Shown here piece by piece: positions 26,699 through 34,169 of a stretch of 34,169 nt of DNA. This DNA comes from Pseudomonadota bacterium. GTDB lineage: Bacteria; Myxococcota; JACRCW01; JAFGSX01. Where the stretch lies: assembly GCA_043821645.1 (NCBI GenBank), contig JBDRCO010000095.1, positions 1 to 34,169 of the forward strand, written 5' to 3'. A program made the translations under genes and the position numbers. Position 1 is the first letter of the stretch; each line of letters opens with the position of its first letter. Under the pieces are notes generated by a model. That model was not told the origin of the DNA, searched no databases, and saw nothing but the letters and a program-made list of their open reading frames with translations.

Positions 26699-26884
26699 GG
26701 CCGGGCGGAACGAATTGGCTCGCCGACGAGGAGAGGAAAGCCCGAGCGGGGCACCACGCCCGGGGGAGTTGGCGCTCCGCGACCGGGAGAACCGATCGCA
26801 CCACGAGCACTCCGGATATCGAAGTGCCCGTCGTCCGCGAGCTGGCGATCGACGAGGAGGTGGGCCAGTTCGTTCTGCCCGGCC
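26699..26884 (+). ncRNA. Candidate 186-nt rod-shaped structured RNA (6S-like architecture) or MITE-like element
   Basis: 26699-26724 pairs with 26859-26884 over 26 bp with 4 mismatches, all G-U on the + strand. Nested inner stems: 26749-54/26824-29, 26760-65/26810-15, 26774-77/26805-08, 26779-82/26796-99 and 26784-86/26792-94. Confidence 0.5.
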
Positions 26885-26960
26885 ACGTGGTCCCAAGCGC
26901 CAGGCAGCACACCACGTTTCCGGACGTGTTTCGCGCGACGGCACCAGCTATATCGACACC

Positions 26961-27776
26961 ATGACGACCTCTGATCCCGCAGTCTCTCCCTTTCGCCGCG
27001 CCGTGGCCTGGCAACGCGACGGTGACACCTTCAGCGGCGGCATCGACGCCGCCTGGGCCCAGGGCCGCGCCACCTACGGCGGTCTGGTGGCCGCAGGCGC
27101 CCTGGGAGCCATGCAAGCCGTGGTCGCCCCCGCGCGCCTGGTGCGCAGCCTGCTCGTCAACTACGTCGGTCCGGTGGAACCCGGCGTCGTGAACTGTCGG
27201 GTCGAACTTCTGCGCGCCGGCAAAGGCGCGACCCAGGCGCTCGCTCGCATCGAGCAGCAGGGCCAGGTGCGCCTGCTCGCCACCGCCGTGTTCGGCGAGT
27301 CCCGCACCAGCACAGCCATGGTCGAGGCACCCGATTTCCCCGTCGTCACCCCGGTGGACGAACTGCCCGACCTTCCCTTTGTCGACGGACTCAGCCCGGC
27401 CTTCACCCGCTACTTCCGCTACCGCTGGGGTCGCGGCAGCCTGCCCTTCTTCGGCGGCGACTCGGGAGATATGGGCGGTCACCTGCGTTTTGTCGACGAG
27501 GTTGGTTCCATCGACGCCCAGATCGTGCTGGGCATTCTCGACGCCTGGCCGGCGCCAGTGATGTCGAAGATGCAGGGCCCGGCCCGCGGCAGCACCATGA
27601 GCTGGGCCGTGGATTTCGTGCAGCCCCTGCCCGAGGCCAGCGCCGACGGCTGGTGGAGCTATGCCGCCGACACCGTGCTCGCCCGGGACGGCTACGCCTC
27701 GCACCACGAATGGTTGCGCAGCCCACAGGGCCAGCTCGTGGCGAGGGGGAACCAGGTGGTGGCGGTCTTCGGCTAG
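26961..27776 (+). CDS. Acyl-CoA thioesterase family protein (TesB-like double hotdog)
   Basis: WAQGRATYGGLVAA, LRAGK, DAWP, STMSW and DGY...LVA.G.Q motifs. Confidence 0.88.
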   Translation: MTTSDPAVSPFRRAVAWQRDGDTFSGGIDAAWAQGRATYGGLVAAGALGAMQAVVAPARLVRSLLVNYVGPVEPGVVNCRVELLRAGKGATQALARIEQQGQVRLLATAVFGESRTSTAMVEAPDFPVVTPVDELPDLPFVDGLSPAFTRYFRYRWGRGSLPFFGGDSGDMGGHLRFVDEVGSIDAQIVLGILDAWPAPVMSKMQGPARGSTMSWAVDFVQPLPEASADGWWSYAADTVLARDGYASHHEWLRSPQGQLVARGNQVVAVFG

Positions 27777-27780
27777 ATGG

Positions 27781-28791
27781 TCAGGAATCCGCCAGAATCC
27801 GCGCTCCCTCTCCGGGTGCACTGACCAGAATCTCGGTGCTCGCGCCGTGCGGCAATTCCAGCAGGCGTTGCGCCACCGCGTCCTCGTCACCGGCCGCACA
27901 CAGCAGATGCACGTTGGCACCGGCATCGATGGTGAAACCCACCTGCACACCCTGGCCGCGCCACTGCTGCACCGCCTGGATCAGCTGCAGGGTCCGCGGC
28001 TGCCAGTAAAAGGCACCGCTCCACCAGGGTTTGTCGACGACAGTCGAGGTCATGGCGATGGCGTGCATGTTCACGGCCTCGCGTTCCGTCGCCATGAGCA
28101 AGGCAGGCAGATCGCGCACACGTACAGCACGCCGCACCTGGGCGAGCGTGGTGTCGAGGCTCTGCAAACGCGCCTCGAACAGAGGGCTGCGTGGAGCGGC
28201 TTCGTGGCCCCCGGCCGACGACAGTTCCTTCTCGTCGCGGCTCAGCACCACCGACAGCACGCGCAGGTCCCAGTGCTCTGGTGGGGCCAGCTGTTCCGCC
28301 TGCGAGCTGCCGTCGTCATCGCCCGCGATCCACTCGACGAAGCCGCCGTGCAGCGAGCGACAGGCCGAACCCGAACCCAGGCGCGCCAGCCGTGACAAGG
28401 CTGTGGCGTCGAGGTCCAAGCCCGCCGCACGCGTCGCTGCGAGGGACAACGCCGCGAAGCCCGACGCGGACGAGGCAAAGCCCGCCGAGGCTGGAAAGTC
28501 GTTGCGACTGTCGACCCGGGCTCGCACACCAACTCCCGCCAAGCTGCGAACCCTGTCCAGGTGCTGCACCACGCGCTCGTGCGATGTGCCCCTGGCCGTC
28601 GCGCCATTCAAGGTGACGCTATCCTCGACCAGGGCCGAGTCGAAAAGCACCGTCGTGGTGGTGGTCAGCCCGCCCAGGTTGATCGAGATGGAGTTGTTGG
28701 TGGGGATGTTGAGCGCGGCGTCGCGCTTGCCCCAGTACTTGACCAGGGCCAGGTTGGGGTGGGCAATGGCGGTCACGGAGGACAGGGACAT
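27781..28791 (-). CDS. mvaD: Diphosphomevalonate/phosphomevalonate decarboxylase (GHMP family)
   Basis: AHPNLALVKYWGKRD, P..AGFASSASGFAAL, RLGSGSACRS..GGFVEW and TIDAGANVH. Confidence 0.92.
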   Translation of the reverse strand: MSLSSVTAIAHPNLALVKYWGKRDAALNIPTNNSISINLGGLTTTTTVLFDSALVEDSVTLNGATARGTSHERVVQHLDRVRSLAGVGVRARVDSRNDFPASAGFASSASGFAALSLAATRAAGLDLDATALSRLARLGSGSACRSLHGGFVEWIAGDDDGSSQAEQLAPPEHWDLRVLSVVLSRDEKELSSAGGHEAAPRSPLFEARLQSLDTTLAQVRRAVRVRDLPALLMATEREAVNMHAIAMTSTVVDKPWWSGAFYWQPRTLQLIQAVQQWRGQGVQVGFTIDAGANVHLLCAAGDEDAVAQRLLELPHGASTEILVSAPGEGARILADS

Positions 28792-28887
28792 GGCGAGAGC
28801 TCACGTTGAGATGTCGGTCGAATATAGCGGCTGACCTCCAGGGCGCCACGAGGTGCCAGAACGGATAGGGCGGACCCACCCGCTCAC

Positions 28888-30207
28888 TCAGTCGTACCAC
28901 GACTCCAGCGTCGTCGACGGATAGTAGTGGGCCAGGATGTCCTGGTGCGAGCGCCCGGCCGTTGCCATGGCCGCCGCGCCGATCTGGCACAGACCCACGC
29001 CGTGTCCCCAGCCCGCGCCGCGCAGCACGAAGGCTTCGGGGCGCTCAGCAGGCCCCTCGACGTCGACCACGAAGGCCGAGCTGTACAGGTGGCTGGGTGA
29101 CAACGCGCGCCGGATCTCGAGCTCCTTGCCGATGACCAGCGTACCCTTCTCGCCCACCAGACGCAGTCGGACGAGGCGACCACTCGCTGCGCGCTGGACA
29201 GGTTGCAATGCGCGCAGGCGACCGAGATCGACCCCGAGCTTTTTCCGGACCAGGTCCCCGGCCTCGCCGGCGGTCAGGCGCACGCGCCAGCGAAAGAAGT
29301 CCTGGGTCTCCTGGTCGAAGTGGGGCAGCACGCGCTTGAGCACCAGGGCATCCTCGACCCGGCAGTGTGCGGCAGGGCTCGAGGTGACAAAGGCCCGAGC
29401 AGCAGCCTCGTCGGTGAGCGGGGGCTGCGGCAGCGCCCTGTCGTCGCGATCGCCAAAGGCCACCAGGTACGGCACAGCGAGGTCGTGCCAGGCCGTCGCG
29501 TAGGCCTCGGTCACGCCGCCACAGCACTTGGAAAAGCGAGCGTCGCAGACCTCGCCGCCGTGTACCAGGACCAGGCCCCGGGTGTCGCGAATGGCATCCT
29601 CGACCACGGCCGAGGCCACCCGGGTCTGCCCCTGGTAGCGCTGGCAGTGGTCGTCCGCGCACACGTCGAAGTCGCGATGGGCCTGGCGGTCGTACCACAG
29701 GATGCGCTCACCTTCGCCACTCGTCGGTGCAGCGCCTTGCAGCACCTCGCGCACCTGGGCCAGCAACCAGGAGCGCGAGATCACCGCGTGCGCGCGCATC
29801 AGCTCGGGCGGCGAGGTGGCACTCATCTCCGAGCAGATCACCGAGGTCAGGTAGGTCTCGAGCGGTACCTCGTTGATCAGGGTGACGCCGCGCTCTGTCC
29901 CTGGCTGCAGGCGCAGCGCACCCACGAATTCCTGGCGCTCGCTCTGCTGCCAGTGAAAGTCTATGCCTATGGTCACCTGCAGGGCGAAGCGACCGCTGCG
30001 CACGGGCTGCAGTGTCACACCCTCGAGCTCGAGCTCCTTGTCGCCGTGCAAGCGCACGGCCTGGCCCGCACGCGTGGCCACCAGGGGCCCGGGCCCCAGG
30101 TGCAGCCCCGCAGCCTGGTAGGGAGCCAGCAACTCCACCTCGACCAGATCGCGCTCCTGCACCAGCGCCACCGCCAGCACGGGCTCACCCTGTCCCCGCT
30201 CCATCAT
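28888..30207 (-). CDS. SpoIID/LytB domain protein (lytic transglycosylase family)
   Basis: LETYLTSVICSEM (catalytic Glu), AHAVISRSW, CADDHCQRYQG, FSKCCGG, GAGWGHGVGLCQIGA and ILAHYYP; ATGA overlap with the DUF4922 stop. Confidence 0.92.
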   Translation of the reverse strand: MMERGQGEPVLAVALVQERDLVEVELLAPYQAAGLHLGPGPLVATRAGQAVRLHGDKELELEGVTLQPVRSGRFALQVTIGIDFHWQQSERQEFVGALRLQPGTERGVTLINEVPLETYLTSVICSEMSATSPPELMRAHAVISRSWLLAQVREVLQGAAPTSGEGERILWYDRQAHRDFDVCADDHCQRYQGQTRVASAVVEDAIRDTRGLVLVHGGEVCDARFSKCCGGVTEAYATAWHDLAVPYLVAFGDRDDRALPQPPLTDEAAARAFVTSSPAAHCRVEDALVLKRVLPHFDQETQDFFRWRVRLTAGEAGDLVRKKLGVDLGRLRALQPVQRAASGRLVRLRLVGEKGTLVIGKELEIRRALSPSHLYSSAFVVDVEGPAERPEAFVLRGAGWGHGVGLCQIGAAAMATAGRSHQDILAHYYPSTTLESWYD

Positions 30208-31160
30208 GCCAGCACCTCCAGCCAGCGCCCGAAGTGCGCGGCATCCAGGCTCACCTCCTCGAAGATCTGGCGCACCACGGCGAGATCCACCCTGTCGAAG
30301 TGCTCGGGCTCGGCCACCACCACGACCCCGGCCATGTCCAGCGCACCAGGGCTGATCAAGATGCGCTCCTCCTCGGGCGCGAAGAAGCAGGCCGGGCGGT
30401 GCGCGGCGCGCGGGAAGAGCAAAGCCGCCAGCGTCGCGCCGTCATCGTAGACGACGATGTTGAGCATGGGCTCGGCCTCGACGTCGAGCACGCGGCCGAG
30501 CGCTGCCACGGCCTGCTCGAGGGACGCAGCCAGAATCTCGGGATTCGCATCGCGCAGCACCAAAGCGCGCCGGCCAAAGCTGTCGATGCTGGCCATGCGC
30601 TCCACCGCCGGCAAGCGCCGTACCTCCTCGGCCGCAGGCAGGTCCTGGCGCAGGGTCGCCTGAAAATGAAAATGGTCGGGAGCCGAGGCGCCGCAGCGGG
30701 GGCCGTTGTACAGCAGCAGGTAGTCCGGACCGAACGCGCGTGCCAGCTCGAACAGGGCGCGCCCGCGGCCCGCAAGGGCCTGCGGACCATGCGCGCGCGC
30801 CGGGATGGAGAGGTGACCGGGCAGAATGGGGAAGGGGTTGGGGGCCACCACCAGCTCGTCGCCAAAGGCAATGCCGCGCTCCTCGAGCGGCAGCTTGTCC
30901 TCGCACAAGAAGCAGGGGCGCCGGGCCACGAAGCTGGTGTCGACCCGGGCGGCCGACGAGCGCCGCCGCGCCGGATTGGATTGCACCAGCACGTGGCTGT
31001 CCCCGTAGTCCAGCCGCCGCACCTGCACCCGCGCCAGACCGGCCTCGTGATCGCGAAACAGCGGCCAGGAGGCGCGCTGCTGCTGCAGAAGCACCTCGAC
31101 CAGGGGAGGGAGCGCGTCCCCGGGTCCGGCCCGGCCGAGCAATCGGTCGTCCCAGCTCAT
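30204..31160 (-). CDS. DUF4922 protein (HIT-superfamily nucleotidyl transferase/phosphorylase, HxHxQ)
   Basis: QSNPARRRSSAA, RPCFLC, NPFPILPGHLSI, YNGPRCGASAPDHFHFQ, FPR..HRP and ISPGALDMAG; ATG 31160 overlaps the GT2 stop. Confidence 0.88.
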   Translation of the reverse strand: MSWDDRLLGRAGPGDALPPLVEVLLQQQRASWPLFRDHEAGLARVQVRRLDYGDSHVLVQSNPARRRSSAARVDTSFVARRPCFLCEDKLPLEERGIAFGDELVVAPNPFPILPGHLSIPARAHGPQALAGRGRALFELARAFGPDYLLLYNGPRCGASAPDHFHFQATLRQDLPAAEEVRRLPAVERMASIDSFGRRALVLRDANPEILAASLEQAVAALGRVLDVEAEPMLNIVVYDDGATLAALLFPRAAHRPACFFAPEEERILISPGALDMAGVVVVAEPEHFDRVDLAVVRQIFEEVSLDAAHFGRWLEVLA

Positions 31161-32641
31161 GCGGACGCCACCAGGCGCTGCCGAGCCATAAGCTCGAGCG
31201 TGCGCAATCTGTCCTTGTAGGTGGCGTAGCGGTTGGCGACCTCCAGCGGCAGTGCCGCATCGGAGTTGCCACTCCAGCGCCGGCACCAGTACAGCGAGTC
31301 GAGGATGCGGCCGACCCGGTAGCTCCGGCACAGCCTCAACACCACCGCGTAGTCCTCGCCGTAGCTGGTGTTGGGAAACCCGCCCACCGCGCGCAGGGTG
31401 GACACGTGGTAGGCACGCGGCGCGCCCAGACCATGGATGCGCAGCGCGTTGTTGTGGCCGTTGCCAGCGGTCCACTCGCGGTGATCGATGAGCCCTGGCG
31501 GGATCGCGCGCAGTTCCTCGTCGACCAGGCTGTAGGAGCCGACCACCAGGGCGCAGCGCTCCGCCTCGAAGGTCTGCACAATGCGCGCGAGCACGTCGTT
31601 GCCGTCATACAGGTCGTCGCTGTCGAGTTGCACCGCGAACCGGCCGCAGTGGGGAGAGAACACAGCCTCGTTCCAGCAGCCTCCGATGCCCAGGTCGCGC
31701 CGTTTTGGGACCAGGTGCACCAGTCGAGGATCCTCGGCGGCAAGCGCAGAGAGCGCCTCACGGGTGCCGTCACCTGAATGGTTGTCGACGACGATCACGT
31801 TGTGGTCAAAGGGCGCCTGCTGCCCGAGGGCGCTGCGCGCGGCGTCCCCCACGGTGCGCACCCGGTCGCGCACCGGGATGATCACACTGGCGGTTACCCC
31901 GATGGCAGCACCATCGTCGACGGAATCCTCGATCGGCGTCGGCAGCCAGGCCCGGATCCGCCTCAGATGCGCGGTGGCCACCGCCTCCATCTCGATCTGG
32001 TAGGCGCGATTTTTCGGATCCACGTAGGCGAAATGCGCGCCGTGAGCATCCACCGTCGCCAGGGCCCGACGTCGCCACAGCGGCTCGGACAGGTGCAGTA
32101 CCGGGCCCTGCTCGGTCACGCGCAGGCGCAGGTCATACAGCGCCCCGTGCTGCCAGCTCACCCCGTCCTGGCGCATGGCCTGCACAGCGCGCAAAAGGGC
32201 CTGGCGGTCGAACAGCACGGCGGGGCCAAAGTCAAAATCGTCGCGCAGGCTGCCTGTCTGGTAGTCGATCAGCGGATGTGGTGTGCAGGCACCCGCGGCG
32301 TCCTCGTCGACGAAGTCGCCGTATCCCAGCACAGCCCCGCTGTCGCGCACCACCTGTGCCAGCCGCGCCAGGGCCTGGCCGGGCAGATCCACGTCGGCGG
32401 GCAACACCCACAGCAGCAGCTCCGCCGGCTGCGCCTCGAACCAGCGCGCCACCGCGTCGACCAGCGCACTCGACCACAGGCCCTCGGCCTCAATCCGCGC
32501 GACCCCTTCGGGCACGGCCGGGCAACCCGGCAAGGCCGCGGCAGCCACGCTGTGCACCAGCCCGCTCGCGAGCAGGCGCTGCGCCATGGCCTCGCCGTGG
32601 GGGGAGCTGTTCCAGGGCAGTACGGCGGCCAGGGGTCTCAT
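31157..32641 (-). CDS. Glycosyltransferase family 2 protein (type linked to DUF4922 in Bacteroidota)
   Basis: HPLIDYQTGSLRDDFDFG, FAYVDPKNR.YQIEME, SVIIPVRDR, VVDNHSGDGT, LGIGGCWN, QLDSDD, GLGAPRA and SYGEDY. Confidence 0.9.
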   Translation of the reverse strand: MRPLAAVLPWNSSPHGEAMAQRLLASGLVHSVAAAALPGCPAVPEGVARIEAEGLWSSALVDAVARWFEAQPAELLLWVLPADVDLPGQALARLAQVVRDSGAVLGYGDFVDEDAAGACTPHPLIDYQTGSLRDDFDFGPAVLFDRQALLRAVQAMRQDGVSWQHGALYDLRLRVTEQGPVLHLSEPLWRRRALATVDAHGAHFAYVDPKNRAYQIEMEAVATAHLRRIRAWLPTPIEDSVDDGAAIGVTASVIIPVRDRVRTVGDAARSALGQQAPFDHNVIVVDNHSGDGTREALSALAAEDPRLVHLVPKRRDLGIGGCWNEAVFSPHCGRFAVQLDSDDLYDGNDVLARIVQTFEAERCALVVGSYSLVDEELRAIPPGLIDHREWTAGNGHNNALRIHGLGAPRAYHVSTLRAVGGFPNTSYGEDYAVVLRLCRSYRVGRILDSLYWCRRWSGNSDAALPLEVANRYATYKDRLRTLELMARQRLVASA

Positions 32642-32917
32642 GCACGCTCCGTGTCGACGACGCGGGAGCCTCGCCCGCATGCATCACCAGTGCACCTGCT
32701 GCCATCGCCGATCTCGTCGCCAGGATGCGGCGTGCTCCTGGCTCTCCTCGACGTCATGTCCAGCACAAAGCGTCGCGCTTCCGGTCCGTGCACCGCATCG
32801 TGACTCGCTGTCGTCGATGTCGCGACGGTGCCGGGTGACGTATGCAGGCTAGCAGAGGGCAGCAGCAGCTCGCGCCATATTTCGCAGGCTGCTTCGCGCG
32901 CGCCCCGGGGCATGAAC

Positions 32918-33667
32918 TCAGCGCTCGGGCACGGCAGCGAAGGACAGGCCGCGCATGCGATTGCGGCGCAGAAAGCGCCCGAGGGGTTCGGCCACGACCT
33001 GACCCAGCGAGCGTGCCGCATGGTACAGCATCAGTTTTTCTCGCGCCGGATGCTCTTCGCAGACGGCCGTCTCGTCGTCGACCGCCTGCCAGAACAGCAG
33101 CCCGACATGAAAGTAGTCGATGCGGCTGCGGGTCGAGGCGAAGGCCACCACGCTTCCCTGCGCGATCCGGGGCCCTGCCAGGCGCAGCCGGGGTCGCGGC
33201 ACCACCACCAGACGGCGGCGTCGCGCCGGAAAGTCCTCGAGCAAGGACAGGGTCTTGAGGTAGCTCACGGCTCCCGGCCCGGACGTGGTGAGCTGCAGCG
33301 CGCCGCGACGCTGATGCGCGGCGAACCAGTCCGAGAAATAGTGCAGCCGGGACAGCCACTGCACCTGGCCGTCCTGGTAGCGCCAGGCCTGGAGCTCGCG
33401 CAGATAGCAGTCCAGATCCTGAGCATGCGCCAGGGCCAGCACGTTCTCGACGAACGTCACGCAGTCAAAACCCTCGAGGTCCGCCACCAACCTCTCGGCC
33501 TGCTGCGGACCACCCACCAGCGCATGGCCCACGTAGGGCCGCCCCACCAGGGCCCGCGCCAGCCCCTGCAGACGCTCGGACATCCGCGCTGCCCGCGGCA
33601 GGGCATGCAGGAGCCTGCTCACTTCGCTGGCGACACGGGGCGCGTGGTTTGGATCCGCAGCAGCCAT
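32918..33667 (-). CDS. DUF1460 NlpC/P60-type N-acetylmuramoyl-L-alanine amidase (AmiA-like)
   Basis: G.PY...L, FDCVTFVENVLAL (catalytic Cys), RY..G, RLHYFSDW, HVG and HAA; no clear signal peptide. Confidence 0.85.
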   Translation of the reverse strand: MAAADPNHAPRVASEVSRLLHALPRAARMSERLQGLARALVGRPYVGHALVGGPQQAERLVADLEGFDCVTFVENVLALAHAQDLDCYLRELQAWRYQDGQVQWLSRLHYFSDWFAAHQRRGALQLTTSGPGAVSYLKTLSLLEDFPARRRRLVVVPRPRLRLAGPRIAQGSVVAFASTRSRIDYFHVGLLFWQAVDDETAVCEEHPAREKLMLYHAARSLGQVVAEPLGRFLRRNRMRGLSFAAVPER

Positions 33668-33795
33668 GGTTCCAACCTAGCAGAGCCATCTCCTACGGGC
33701 ACCCGAGCTCAACAACACTTGCGACTTTCCTGGCTGGACAAGGTAACCCAATTGTGAGTTACTCTGCCCAATTTTGACGCCAACAGGGGGCCACC

Positions 33796-34131
33796 ATGGC
33801 GACGCGCAAGACCAGCACCACGGCACAAAGCACCACCTCCACAGCGCCGGCGAGCGCGCCCAGCAAGGCCACGCCGCGCAGCCGCACCACCACAGCGCCC
33901 ACCAAGTCCGCTGCGCCGGACAAGGCCTCGACACCCGGTAAGACCGCTCCTCGACGCAAGGCCACGGCTCGCGTGGCCGCAGCGACCAACCTGTACCTGT
34001 CACCGGAACAGCGCCATCATTGGATCTGTACCGCGGCGTACTTCATGGCCGAGCACAGCGGGTTCCAGGGCAGCCCAGTGGAGTTCTGGCTGTGCGCCGA
34101 GGCGCAGGTCGATCAGCAGCTGCGCGTCTGA
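33796..34131 (+). CDS. DUF2934 domain protein with a Lys/Thr/Ala-rich N-terminal tail
   Basis: AGGGGG RBS; C-terminal R..WI..AAYFMAE..GF.G.....WL.AE motif. Confidence 0.85.
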   Translation: MATRKTSTTAQSTTSTAPASAPSKATPRSRTTTAPTKSAAPDKASTPGKTAPRRKATARVAAATNLYLSPEQRHHWICTAAYFMAEHSGFQGSPVEFWLCAEAQVDQQLRV

Positions 34132-34169
34132 GCTGCGACCGCGATCATCGCGGACCTCACCGACGACAA

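Noticed and set aside
26725-26750. GAGGAAAGCCC resembles the RNase P RNA motif GAGGAAAGUCC; CGCCGACGAGGAG resembles a glycine riboswitch segment
   Set aside because: The remaining conserved elements (RNase P 3' ACAGAA..CGGCUUA; riboswitch CUCAGG) are absent, as is the SRP GGAA-loop motif.
26641-26910. 89-aa minus-strand ORF across the structured intergenic region
   Set aside because: No RBS or recognisable domain; the G-U-biased pairing explains the region better.
25647-27950. 767-aa ORF suggesting a long N-terminal fusion to the hydroxyacyl-CoA dehydrogenase (and the 623-aa opposite ORF 25905-27776)
   Set aside because: The extensions are antisense to the neighbouring gene; a strong AAGGAG RBS supports the start at 26582, and thioesterase similarity begins near 26961.
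32642-32917. Possible small gene or RNA between the amidase and GT2 (ORF 32638-33021)
   Set aside because: The stop overlaps the GT2 start, but the translation has no recognisable features, no convincing RBS and only a weak hairpin.

Overview
High-GC (roughly 70% by eye) bacterial chromosomal window, most consistent with Myxococcota or a related deltaproteobacterium. The clues are an AgmX/PglI-type TonB-C domain protein, Cys-rich lipoproteins, a multi-domain DsbA, a non-canonical Hsp70 paralog and a mevalonate-pathway gene. About 30 protein genes are supported: a beta-helix protein cut by the window edge, two likely outer-membrane barrels, DacB/PBP4, a TPR lipoprotein, a lid-less Hsp70, a triple-domain DsbA, a partly coupled minus-strand run (metallophosphoesterase-like, nadD, udk, lipoprotein, ClpA-like ATPase, DUF2520), an OYE-like protein, AlkA, a Cys-repeat lipoprotein, pepT, an ankyrin protein, plsC, a SulP-STAS-rhodanese fusion, MarR-YceI, a 3-hydroxyacyl-CoA dehydrogenase, a thioesterase, mvaD, a DUF1460 amidase / GT2 / DUF4922 / SpoIID cell-wall cluster and a DUF2934 protein. 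No tRNA, rRNA, CRISPR array, transposase or integrase was recognised. The most notable signals are a 186-nt rod-like structured RNA candidate at 26699-26884 (26-bp closing stem whose four mismatches are all G-U on the + strand), the Bacteroidota-like peptidoglycan-turnover cluster, a set of GCCGA-loop palindromes at 1743-1944, and several genes with a -10 box 6 nt before the ATG. Family assignments come from motif recognition only; no database search was run.
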